Assembly (NCBI GenBank): GCA_951406725.2
Contig: OX597838.1
Span: forward strand, 7,750,001-7,814,000
Length of the DNA stretch: 64,000 nucleotides
Direction: 5' to 3'
Origin: Octopus vulgaris
Taxonomy: Eukaryota
Numbering within the stretch: the stretch's first letter is position 1; the number at the start of each line of letters is the position of its first letter. The notes below the pieces were generated by a model, which saw only the letters and a program-made list of their open reading frames with translations, had not been told where the DNA came from and made no database searches. Below are positions 42,470 through 55,700 of the stretch, piece after piece. The position numbers and the translations under genes were made by a program.

Positions 42470-42664
42470 ACCATCAACATCATCGTCGTATCATCGGCAT
42501 CATCGTCATCCTCCTCCTCCTCATCATCATCATCATCGTCATCATCATCACCACCAACATCAACATCATCGTCGTATCATCGGCATCATCGTCATCCTCC
42601 TCCTCATCATCATCATCATCTTCATCATCATCATCTTCATCATCATCATCATCATCATCACCAC

Positions 42665-42710
<46 letters not shown>

Positions 42711-42798
42711 GTCGTCGTCGTCGTCGTATCATCGGCATCGTCGTCTTCATCATTATCATCATCATCATCATCATCTTCATCATCATCATCATCACCAC

Positions 42799-42841
<43 letters not shown>

Positions 42842-43022
42842 GTCATCATCATTATCATCATCATCATCGGCATCGTCGTCTTCATCATCATCATCATCAT
42901 CATCATCATCGTCGTCGTCGTCGTCGTATCATCGGCATCGTCGTCTTCATCATTATCATCATCATCATCATCATCTTCATCATCATCATCATCACCACCT
43001 TCATCATCATCATCATCACCAC

Positions 43023-43071
<49 letters not shown>

Positions 43072-43170
43072 GTCATCATCATTATCATCATCATCATCGG
43101 CATCGTCGTCTTCATCATCATCATCATCATCATCATCGGCGGCAGCAGCAGTAGCAGCAGCAGCAGCATC
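42470..43170. repeat. (CAT)n-based higher-order tandem repeat
   Basis: The anchor CGTCGTATCATCGGCATC recurs four times within CAT/CGT/CAC runs. Confidence 0.9.
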
Positions 43171-43733
43171 TCCATTATCAACCTTATTGCACATGATATA
43201 ACCATAAGTAGAGTAAAGTAAAGTAAAGAAGACAAAATTATACGTAACTGTCGGATACAAAGAGATCGATATTCCGTCGTGGCGTCAAAATATCGATATT
43301 AATACAGGATATTAAGTATCGGATTATGTACGGGGGTAAACAGATCCTTTTGATTATAATCCTTGTAATCCGTGCCTCAGAATAGCCGCAGTCCAACGAC
43401 ACATAACAAGCAGTAAAACACCACAAGAACATGGATGGATGTCTGCCTGTGTGTGCCAGACATGCTTGCTTCACATCTTTGTATTATGCGATTTTCTTTG
43501 AAAGCGTGGCGAAATCGGAAATCGGCTTCATCCATCGTCTCAGTTCGATCGATCGAAGACTTGTAAAGGAAAACTCGTACAAAAGATACCGTGCACAAGG
43601 CATGTTTGTGCGTGTGTGTGTGCGTGTGTGTGTGTGTGTGTGTGCGTGCATGTTTGTCTCTTTGTGCGCATATGGGTCTCTTTGTGCGGGTGTGTGTCTG
43701 TGTGTGCTTGTGCGTGCGCGTGTGTCTGCCTGT

Positions 43734-43796
<63 letters not shown>

Positions 43797-43899
43797 GGCA
43801 CAAGCGTAGCTGTGTGGTAAGAAGATTGTCTCCCGACCACATGGTTCTGGGTTCAATTCCACTGCGGGATATATTGGGCCTGTGTCTTCTAATATAAAC

Positions 43900-44213
43900 A
43901 CAGCCCGACAAGGACCTTGATAAGCAGCTCAACAAACTCCCTTGCACTGTTAAACGTGGGAGAACTTCAGAAAATAGTGTTGCTAGGTTCTGCACACCTT
44001 TTTACGCCGTGTACTCTCCATGAGATGAGGATCTGCTGTGACCCTAGGGCCAAGGGATGACCCCGGTTCAGCAGAAGACAACGGGCCATATTTTATTTTT
44101 AAAATAGTAATATTAATAATGATAATAATAATAATAATAAGAAGAATAAGAAGAAGAAGAAGAAGAAGAAGAAGAATGATAATAATAATAATAGCAACAA
44201 CAACAACAACAAC

Positions 44214-44252
<39 letters not shown>

Positions 44253-44255
44253 AAA
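43900..44255 (+). mobile_element. R4/Dong-like (RLE) non-LTR retrotransposon 3' fragment with (TAA)n tail
   Basis: NVGELQKIVLLGSAHL/LRRVLSMR* (one frameshift) matches the LQK..LLG.A.ILR.VL C-terminus of RLE elements. Followed by a short UTR and TAA repeats. Confidence 0.65.
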
Positions 44256-45224
44256 GAATAAAATCGTTAAAACTTTTATCAGTAAACCTATTACTGTGAA
44301 TTCATATATAGGGATTTATGATAGTATAGACTACAATTATAATTGTATTTTATTCTATTATATAGATATATATTGTTGTTCAAATTTACAGAAAACAAAA
44401 GACGAAGAAAGGGGAGGGAACAACGAGCAAGTATAGTAGTTTGACGCTAGAGAGGAATGGTCAAGTTATTGACGTTTCAAACTCACGCTCTTTTTGTTAA
44501 ACGACTGATAGGGAGAAAATGGAGAGAGAACGAAAACAAGCATTACTGCATAACATATATCGGTTACGGCCATGCAGAAGCACAAGAGGAAAATGTTAAG
44601 CCTCTCGTACTCCATGTCATCGTGTCTATGATATCCATGTGGGACACCAAAGGATAAGATGAAATTTTACCCAGAATGCAACTCAGAGTAACAAGTGTGT
44701 TGTTTCGAGTTAGAAATCTTTAGTTTCGAAATCAATGCTATTTCGCTAAGACAACATATACATCTCAGCGGTGATCACTGCCGGTTTTTTGGATCTCATT
44801 TGAAGAATTCTGCTTTGGTAATTGCTCTCTTCCATATCTTTTGGTTGATCGAAGTCTATGTTATCTTTTTATTGATGACTTTATTGGTAAAACAAGAAAA
44901 TATTGATTGTCTTGATGAGCTGACATGACGGTTTTAAATTACCAAAGCTAACATGGGTACAGATCTCTCATTATAAAAAAAAACTGGTTGCCATCGCAAC
45001 ACTTTAAATTATAAATTTATCACTGTTTGTATATAGATTCATTATTCAGCCACTTAACGAGCAAAATATTTCATAAATATACGTTATCTACTCAGCATTG
45101 TAATTATTTTTAAAATGTGGTGTGAAACAATCAAGAAAAATATATCATTATCGCTAATGTATAAACTCAATAACCTTGACTTCAAACCAGCTTTTTAAGA
45201 GATATAAATATAAATATATATATA

Positions 45225-45365
45225 TAAGGTTGTCCCAAAAGTTCGTAGAAAGTCTTGGAAAACAATGGTCTTTATTTTGAGGAATAATTTTTGCTGTTTT
45301 TGTTAGTACTTGGCGAGTAAAAATTCAATTTTTGCAAGTGTTTACGAACTTTTGGGACAACCTAA
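45225..45365. mobile_element. Tc1/mariner-type MITE (about 140 bp)
   Basis: AGGTTGTCCCAAAAGTTCGTA / TACGAACTTTTGGGACAACCT form a perfect 21-bp TIR core within (TA)n. Confidence 0.85.
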
Positions 45366-46867
45366 TATATATATATATACATACAAATATATATATTTGT
45401 ATGTATATAGCAGTACACTATATATATATATATATATAATACAAAGTAAGATAGGGGTTATGGGTGTAACCCACTATGGGATAGTATTTATCCAATATAC
45501 TGTTGGTAAAGTACCCAGGTTCTTAATACATAAATGTTTTTAATTGCAATGCAATTAACTCATTCATTGTATTAAACGGGTGAAGGCAAAGAAATATTTT
45601 TACCGTAAATTTATAATACAAATAAGAAAATGGAGGAACAAATTTAGTTTGTTCATCAACTTTCGGATATTAGAATGTTGGATTAATAGTCCTTGGTTGG
45701 TATGGGTATATATTTTAGTGATGAATCAATCCTTACAATAAAAGAGTTAATTGCATTGCAATTAAAACATTTGTGTTTGTGATGAGCGTATTTAAAAACC
45801 TGATCTTCGATATAAACCTAAAAGGAAGTTTTCCCAGAAATGCTGGCCTTTATCTCTTCTTTCTTGCATGCCCGATGTGACATTTCCGTCTCCCCCAAGG
45901 CTTATGTTTTCCCTAAATGTCTTCCGATTCCTATGTTTGCAATACAGGAGATTAGAATTTCCCCCACAAAACACGTTCTCAATATTTTAGTTTTCTCCCT
46001 CTCCACCCCGAATTAATTTTTTGCCTTTTCAAATTATTCTTCTGGTTACCAAGAAGAATAATTCGTACTCTGATTTTTCTCCATGGAGAAAAAACAGTAC
46101 GAATTTTAAAGAATTTTACCCATCACCTAACCACTTTCAAAAAGCTACACACTCCCAATGTTTCACTTTTAGCTTTTTGGAAAGCATGGAAGTTTCTTCA
46201 GAAATAATATCATTTAACTGTTGTTTCTAGCATGTCGGGTTTTCTGGTGGTGGTCTGGTAATTTTAAGTTTGGTATTTCAGTAGAATTGTAGCATGCGGG
46301 AAACATCAGACAAAAGTGAAAGATTGAGAGATTTCAGCTTTTTTGAAAGCGGGTATGTGATGGATGGGCGGGGTAGGAAAAGGGGCATTGAGTGTTTCTT
46401 TAAGAAAAATTAAACTTTAAAAATATATCTATATATTTCCAAGATTCGTAATCTCTGTATTTTTCTCCGTAGAAAACAAAACAAAACGAAAATCGATAAA
46501 AGTTACAAATTAAGAAATTGCGGTGGGAACGTGGGAAAAGTAAAATTTTGTAAACGTGATTTATGGAGAAAAATCGTATTAACCCGCTTTTATACGAAGA
46601 AAAAATACTTGGTTTCTGATCCTTGTTAAGAACAGAAAGCACTTTCATGCAAACCCATGCAAATTGTACCCTCCACCCCTTCACTTTTAAACAAACAATA
46701 ACTTCTATGATGCCCTTAACTTTATGTCAGTTGTGCCAATAATGCCCGTAAGTAAGGGGCAAATAATACAGTGTGGCTGTAGGCCATAACATGCGAGGGC
46801 AATGCCGGGATGGATTGCTAATGTGTGTGTGTATGCATGTATGTATATATATCTATATATATATATG

Positions 46868-46962
<95 letters not shown>

Positions 46963-47215
46963 GTATGTATGTATATGTATGTAAGTATATATATATAACA
47001 TACCTATGTATCTCACTCTCTCTATGTGTGTAAATATAAATATATATATATATATGTATGTAAGTATATATATGTATAACATACCTATGTTTCTCACTCT
47101 CTCTATGTGTATATATATATGTATATATATATTACATATATATGTGTGCATATATATAGATACACACACACATACAAAAGTATAGATACATAGATAGATA
47201 GATAGATAGATAGAT

Positions 47216-47260
<45 letters not shown>

Positions 47261-47435
47261 CAGGCAAAAGGTGGATGGACAGGCTAACACAGAACTATTC
47301 AACGTGGAGCGATCCACAGTTCAGAAAATGCAATCAATATATTTAGAATGTCGGATTTATTTTATTGTTTGCAATACCTTACGGGCTGCTGTCTCCAGAA
47401 TTGTCAGCCAGTGTACAGCACCAACATGGTATTGT

Positions 47436-47478
<43 letters not shown>

Positions 47479-47752
47479 TGCGCACACATACACATATATA
47501 CACATGGCAAATACATATATATACATATATATACGCGGTAAATATAGGCATAGGTACACACCTAAATGCATATATATATTTAAGGTTTATATACAAATAC
47601 ATACACACCCATATACATACACACACGCGCGCGCGCGCGCGGACATATATATATAAAATTTTTGTGTGTGTGTTTGGACCTTCATAATATATAACATATA
47701 CAATTATATAATATACCAAGTTTATCCTAAATAAATATATGTAAAGATGTCT

Positions 47753-47816
<64 letters not shown>

Positions 47817-48623
47817 GTATATATGTATATACAGAGTGAGCGGTAGATAGAAAGAGAAAACGCGTGTAGATAAATATATATATATATATATATATTATAT
47901 GAATACACATGCATATACAAATCTATGCACACTCTGACATACACCCATAATTACACATGTACTTTTGCATATATATTCATATACATCTCACACACGTACG
48001 TACGCAATACGCTTTTTATTGTGTCAATAGCCATAATGCGACATATATGTCGGTAACAGCTGTTTTTGTTACTGTATAAAACCTGCCGAACAAAAACCAG
48101 ACTCCTCAACATTAAGGCAATACAATGTATTTATATTTCAAGTTAAGAAATTCGATATGTGATGTTAAAATAAATATGGCTTTAAGGCATATTTAACAGA
48201 TTTCTGTCAAGTCGCGTTGGTTTTTGTTATTCTTTCGTTGATTTTTACCTGATTTGGTTTTGTTGCTCGCGCTCTTTAGATAACGGATTTCATTTTGCAT
48301 TATAGAAGTCGATGTTTGTACACAGCGGCATTGTGCATAATGTTGCTCAAAATTCCAATTGTGTTTCGTCAATTTCTGAAAGAGATTTTTCTATTCGGAA
48401 AGAGAAAATGTCATATTTAGGCATTTTTCCTTTTGTTTTTTGTTTTTGTTGTAATTGTTGTAATTGTTGTATTGTTTTGTTTCTTGATTTTTTTTCTTTC
48501 TTTAATAAATGCTAACGTGCCTAAATTTAATGGCTTAAAAGGCACTCGATATATGGACGATATTTATGACTGGAATGAACTGAAATAATTCAACTTCTAC
48601 ATATATGTACGTACGCATGCATG

Positions 48624-49027
<404 letters not shown>

Positions 49028-49439
49028 CGTTTCTTCATTGGCGACACAGGGCTGCACACAGATGGGACAAATTACAAGGTAGAGCTTTTCTTTCGGTGTA
49101 TGAAAAAAAAAGGAAAAAAGAAAAAAAGTGGCGTGGTTTTCGATCAAAATGGATCGTAAAAGGGAGAAATGAAAAAAAGAAAAAAAGGAAAAGAAACAAA
49201 AGAAAAGAAAAAAGAAAAAAGGAGAAAAAAGAGGAAAGAAAGGGGGAAGAGGAAAATAACGATCAACAGGGATCGTGTATCACAGTGTCAGGATGTACGG
49301 TGTAAAGGGGGAAGCAGAGGAGGTTTATCCGTGGGAATAAAAGCCTACGAAAAAGACCACGGTAACCTCGGTCAATATTGTTATATGTTAGCACATTTGT
49401 TTGCAAGTGGGTAACCCCCTGTTTTCAATATCTGGGTTC

Positions 49440-49534
<95 letters not shown>

Positions 49535-49624
49535 TGTTTCTTTATTAGCCACACAGGGCTGCACACAGATAGAACAAATTACAAGGTAGAGCTTTTCTTT
49601 TGAAGGTTTAAAAAATAAAAAAAA
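49028..49624 (-). mobile_element. Two 5'-truncated copies of one retroelement 3' end, embedded in (GATA)n
   Basis: Shared end GTTTCTT(T/C)ATT.GC.ACACAGGGCTGCACACAGAT...CAAATTACAAGGTAGAGCTTTTCTTT at 49028 and 49535. Each copy is flanked by GATA arrays on both sides. Confidence 0.65.
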
Positions 49625-49777
49625 AGATAGATAGATAGATAGATAGATATTGATATAGATATAGATATAGATATATAGTTAATTCAAACATGAAACCACA
49701 AAAAGAAAACAACAATGCGAGGGCGTGGAACAAGTATAGTGTTATTGGACGCTCAGAAAAGGAAGGAAAGAAGGAAG

Positions 49778-49812
49778 ATTTAACGTTTCGAGCGGAGCTC
49801 TTCGTCAGAAAC
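49778..49812 (-). ncRNA. Minimal hammerhead-like motif with intact core, inside repeat 49676-49862
   Basis: Minus strand: GUUU-CUGACGA-A-GAGC-UCC-GCUC-GAAAC-GUU-AAAU. Stem III is reduced to the palindrome AACGUU, and there is an extra A after A9. Confidence 0.65.
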
Positions 49813-49871
49813 ATAGGAAAAGGAAAGATCCAAGGAAGGGAAGACGGAGGAAAAAATCGCCAATATATATA

Positions 49872-50900
49872 TAGTGGTTGTCTGCTCCTTATGCAGAGTT
49901 TGACCACATCCTCTACCTACACCTTAGAACCATCGTGGCATTTGATGTGGCTTTTTAAACCAGACAATTTTCTGAAAAGACACCCACATAGATTGCATAT
50001 CCGATTTGGACCACCAAGAACTGCAGATAAGTTCTGATCTTTGTGGATCTTATAATGTCTTTTGAGGCCTCTGTTAGATTTGGAAACTTTCCAGCATACA
50101 TGGGATTGAAAGGTGTGCACTGACACGTAGGCAGCATAAATGATGGATGTTCGTTTTCCATGGGTTCGGAAATGGGATTTGTTCCCAGCAAAAGAAAGGC
50201 ATGGTCTATCACAAAATGGTCAATGTGGTTCACCTTCTCGATCGTTACATGCTGCCTTAAATCTCACTTGAGTCTTGCATGCGTTATCCTGGCTTTTTCG
50301 AACGCTTTAACTCTTCTCAACAATTTTAATCGCCACCCAGTCCGATCCGAAGCAAGGGTTTCTATGTCCTCTGGATCCATTCCAAATGACTTCATAGCAG
50401 TCCTTATGCCATCCTTAAACCTTTTTTTTTCTTTTTTTTTGGTTTTACGCCGATAGCGTTTCTCCTTTGCAATGTCAACATAAAACATCTTTGAAATCTC
50501 CCAATATGACCAGCTTGTCAGAAATTGGTACTTTCCTCAATAATTGTACTAGATCATCATAAAACTGTCCCACAGTTTCACCAGAAGGGGCCAATGTTGG
50601 TGCATAAATACTAGAGTAAGAAATCTAACATTTGTTAGTATTATACGGCATGACATGGTTCAGATATACCACTTGGAAGCTCTGAAATGGAGGATACTAA
50701 TGAATTCTTGAGAGCAAACACAACAACAGATTCTCTACACTGAGCTTTAGGTAGGCCTCTCCAAAAGATAATATATCCATAAATAGGTTCATTTATTTGA
50801 TCCTCACCAGAGAGACGCGTTTCAAAGAGCGCAACTATATCAGGGAAATATTTCTTGAGCAGTACGTCTTTCTGGCCCCTTGTTGAAATTATCATCAAGA
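49872..50900 (-). mobile_element. Internally deleted RTE/BovB-like LINE (AP endonuclease fused to post-RT C-terminus and zinc fingers)
   Basis: DIVALFETRLSGE..GYIIFWRG, SIYAPTL..FYDDL and KLVILGDF run directly into KMFYVDIAKEKR..KKRFKD..DRTGWR, followed by C2H2 motifs. The RT core is absent. Confidence 0.85.
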
Positions 50901-50949
50901 AGCGTGCGCACGTTCCAACAACCGGGATTCAAAGGAAATCCACAACACC

Positions 50950-51119
50950 AGATAACCGAAGAGATGGTGTTGTGGATTTCCACCTCGGCATGCGAAACTC
51001 AGAATTTTATCTTGGCTACCGAATAATTGTCACATATTACATTTACAGATAAATTTCCTCTCTTTACATAATATTGAGGTCTCTTTCTTTCTTTTGTTAT
51101 CTTACCGTTTTTACCAATA

Positions 51120-51120
<1 letters not shown>
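50950..51120 (+). mobile_element. Short repeat with a CCGAAGA hammerhead-like motif (50950-51012); inverted copy at 56484-56652
   Basis: About 170 bp of near identity to the reverse complement of 56484-56652; both copies abut (TA)n. Confidence 0.75.
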
Positions 51121-51504
<384 letters not shown>

Positions 51505-51963
51505 TATGTGTATATTCATACACACATATGCACGTATATCCATCCCTACGAGACTAGTGACCTTATATGTTCGAGGGCGCGAAAGTAACGTGTGTCAGAC
51601 GCAGTTGAAGCGCTCAGCCTCGTGGCAGCAACACTTTGCACTTCTGTTACAATATCTTTCCTTGTTCTCAACAATGACAGTCCTGTCACGTTTGTACGAG
51701 TTGTAGAGTACAAAACGATGCGGAAGCACACAAACAGCTACCGCCGTGCCGGCGCACACTCATACACACACGCGCGCGCGCATATATACACGGGCACACA
51801 GATACACGCACACACACATATATATAGGCCTTCTCCATCTTAGACACACACACACACACTCTTTCTTTCTCTGGCTATCACATACACCACATGCAAACAC
51901 GCGTACACTGATATATACATACATACATATATACATACATACATACATACATACATACATACA

Positions 51964-51997
<34 letters not shown>

Positions 51998-52103
51998 CAT
52001 ACATAGTTACTTTGTCTACGTTGTTAGTCAGACAGATTGAGTGATATATATATATATATATACATAGAGAGAGAGAGGGGCAGATAGACAAACAGACAGA
52101 AAA

Positions 52104-52235
<132 letters not shown>

Positions 52236-52388
52236 GTAGGTAGACAGACATACACACAGAGAAACATTTGCATAGATAGGTAGATACAGAGATGTGTACA
52301 TACATAATACGTACTTGCATACATAGACAAGCAGACGGAGAGACAGGTTGATAGACAGAAAGTGAGAGAAAGAAAGAGAGAGTCAGGC

Positions 52389-52471
<83 letters not shown>

Positions 52472-52904
52472 CAGACAGATATACAGAGATAGACAGGCCG
52501 ATGGAGAGACGCACCGACTGTGAGCCTTATAGTTCTTTTCTGAAATAAGTTTCACCCACCGAAGTGTCAACATGTTACGTGTACAAAACACGTTTTCTTG
52601 ACAGCCCTGTCCTTGCAGATATCTAGAAAATTTAGCGAGTGTCTATTAAGTGAAAACTATACTTGTAGCGCTTCGCTTTTCAATGTTGAAGAATTATCTA
52701 AAGATCTTCGCTGGCAAGTACAAGTTTGATATTTTGATGTGAATGGCAGATAAGTAAAGAGCACATTTTAAACAAAATAACTCTTGTTCTGTATTGTAGG
52801 AGGCATTTTCTTTCTATAAACGGCTCATTTCGAGTAAAAAAAAATTCATAGAAAACTGCAAGTAAATCGAACACGCTGGATGTAATTGACTGTTTCTAAT
52901 CAGA

Positions 52905-53141
52905 ACGGCTAAATGGCTGGCTACGGGACGGGAAAGTGCTTAGTGGTATTTCGTCCGTCTTTACGTTCTGGGTTCAAATTACACCGAAGTTGACTTTGCC
53001 TTTTATTATTTTGTGGTCGATAAAATAAGTACCAGTTGAACACTAGGGTCAATGTAATCGACTCATCCTCTCCCCCAAAATTGCCACACATGTGGCAAAA
53101 TCTGAAGTCATTATTATTATCATTATTATTATTATTATTAT

Positions 53142-53183
<42 letters not shown>
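52905..53183 (+). mobile_element. SINE family C with (TTA)n(CTA)n tail immediately upstream of the Ly6 terminal exon
   Basis: GTGCTTAGTGGTATTTCGTCCG...GGGTTCAAATTACACCG...GTCGATAAAATAAGTACCAG. The tail ends 26 nt before the acceptor. Confidence 0.75.
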
Positions 53184-53209
53184 AAGTCTTATTCTTATTC
53201 TTATTACAG

Positions 53210-53430
53210 GGGAACAAATTTTGTTTGCTCGAGACTGTACGACATCTTATTTAGAGGATACCTGCGTAATCCGCAATGGCTCTTACCACCAAATGAAAAC
53301 TGTGTGCTTTCAGACGTGTCAGACAGACGGCTGCAATGGAGGAGAAATAAAATCACTCAACGCCGCTTCACCGTATCTGCCAACGACAACCATTATGTAC
53401 GCAGCCGCCATTTTGAAGGCCCTACTATAA
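53210..53430 (+). CDS. Terminal coding exon of the same Ly6/uPAR protein: Cys6-Cys10 plus putative GPI-anchor signal
   Basis: Acceptor cttattcttattaCAG| ends at 53209. G437 plus GG gives Gly, in frame: GEQILFARDCTTSYLEDTCVIRNGSYHQMKTVCFQTCQTDGCNGGEIKSLNAASPYLPTTTIMYAAAILKALL*. Has the C-x3-C-x4-CN ending (CFQTCQTDGCN), an N-glycosylation sequon NGS, a hydrophobic C-terminus and TAA at 53428-53430. Confidence 0.88.
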
Positions 53431-54005
53431 ACTTCTTGAAACTGGTCTTCCTAATTCTTGGAACTGTAACTTTTCAAACCATAATCATTAGTAAAAATTT
53501 CGAAAGAACATGACGTTTAAGTTTTTCTTCTGATATCTTTCATTCTATTTTTTTTTTTCCAGTTTTTTTTTTCTTTCATTCCAAGGAAACTAAAGGATAT
53601 TTCTAAAGAAAGTTTATGCGAAGCATCTAGTGACAGATATGTGATTTCACTTGAAAGATCATCAGCGGAAATTGGAAAATATCTACGGAGGCCGTATCCG
53701 TCACAAATGTACAGATGTATCAATATATATTCTCCACTTCAGTTAGTCTTGCTTTCTATTAGAATATTATGCCTCTGCGCACGCACACACACACACACAT
53801 ACACACACACACATACACACACACACACAGGCATGCACGCACGCAATCACGCCTGCACTCACACACTCAAACATGTAGACTTAATCATACGCACCCACAC
53901 ACAAACACACGCTTATGTATAAACTTAAATGTATGTGTGCGTATATGTATATACATGTACACACACATATATATATATATATCTATGTTTCTATTTATGT
54001 ATATA

Positions 54006-54060
<55 letters not shown>

Positions 54061-54080
54061 TCTTCTATCTATGTATATGA

Positions 54081-54117
<37 letters not shown>

Positions 54118-54540
54118 CATACACACACACACACAAATACATACATAAAAAACATACATATATATATATGTATATGTGTGTATACGTACATGCATACATA
54201 TATGTATGTATGTATGTATATATTCTTAACGTCATAAAAATTGACAAAGTTAGAGAACGTTAAATAGTTTTATGAAGCAGCAACACTTGAAGCACGAGGG
54301 TGAGGGTTCGTGTTCCACTGTCAGCCGTCGCTTTTTCGGATGTTTTATCCAGCGCAGTTATTTATAGCTGCAACTTACTTGAGGTTCAAGGTTTCTAAAA
54401 AGAACTTTATATATATATATATGCGCGTATAAACAAAGACTATTGAAAGATAACCCCAAGTGTAAATAGCTGAAGTATATACATGTTCAATCTCATGCAG
54501 ACGCCTCGTGTATAGTTCTTCAAATTATACTTGCCATGAC

Positions 54541-54614
54541 GATCATACTGACGAGCTACGGACAATTACGTAAGTAATTTGCGTAAGTTTTAATAGCGAA
54601 ACTAGTTTTTGATT
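54541..54614 (+). ncRNA. Type-I hammerhead-like motif with canonical core, sense to the Ly6 gene
   Basis: GAUCAUA-CUGACGA-GCUA-(UUACGUAAG/UUUGCGUAA hairpin)-UAGC-GAAA-CUAG-UU-UUUGAUU. Palindrome AACUAGUU forms stem III; stem I pairs 6/7; predicted cut after 54607. Confidence 0.65.
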
Positions 54615-54812
54615 AATCTGTATTTTGTTACTTTTCATATGGCTTACTCGCTTACGTTCTAGCGTTTGCTGACTTTTTTTGAGAAGAATCCTTTCTTAGT
54701 GGTAAGACCATAGCGGATCTACTTCTTGCATATTGGATGTCCACGTAGTGGTCATCCCCTCTTATATGTATATATGTATATATGTATATATATATATATG
54801 TATATATATATA

Positions 54813-54885
<73 letters not shown>

Positions 54886-55298
54886 AGATATATGTATTAA
54901 TATATATATATATATATATATATAAATATAGATATGTATGTAGTTATGTATATATGTATATATAAGAAAAAATTAACGAAGGAATAGGCGTTTATCTTAC
55001 CAATTCCATTAGTGTACAGCTGTTTCCACTCTAAAATGCGGTCGTAATGGAATTTATACGATTAGCGTTTTTTCCTCTTTGTCATTTCTTTTCTTATTAC
55101 TACTCATGACTCGATTAACGCTTCGCAAAGAATCATGCGTATAATGAGTTCTACACCAGGCTGTTAGTTTTGCAATGCAAAAACAAAATATATACATATA
55201 CATAGATAATTACCTATGTATATATATATATATATGTATATATATAGGTAATTATCTATGTATATGTATATATGTATATATTTTGTTTTTGCATTGCA

Positions 55299-55349
<51 letters not shown>

Positions 55350-55378
<29 letters not shown>

Positions 55379-55700
55379 CGTACGGATGCATGTATGTATG
55401 TATGCATGTATGTATGTATTTATGTATGTATGTATGCATTCATGTATGTATGTATGTATGTATGTATGTATGTATGTATGTATGTATGAATGTACGAATG
55501 CATGTATGTATGTATGTATGCATGTATGTATGTATGTATGTATGTATGTATGTACGAATGCATGTATGTATGTATGTATGTATGTATGTATGAATGTATG
55601 TATGTATGTATGTATGTATGTATGTATGCATGTATGCATGTATGTATGTATGTATGTATATATGTATGTATGTATGCATGTATGTATGTATGTATGTATA
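55350..55700. repeat. (ATGT)n tetranucleotide microsatellite
   Basis: Read directly from the sequence. Confidence 0.95.

Noticed and set aside
45780-46690. Possible decayed Penelope RT/GIY-YIG coding remnant on the minus strand
   Set aside because: Only vague peptide resemblance (SNLLYC, HPSHT) with many stops; needs a translated HMM search.
53304-53513. Alternative-frame hydrophobic stretch FLKLVFLILGTVTFQTIII as the true GPI tail
   Set aside because: It would need a frameshift, and the in-frame tail already gives a plausible GPI signal.
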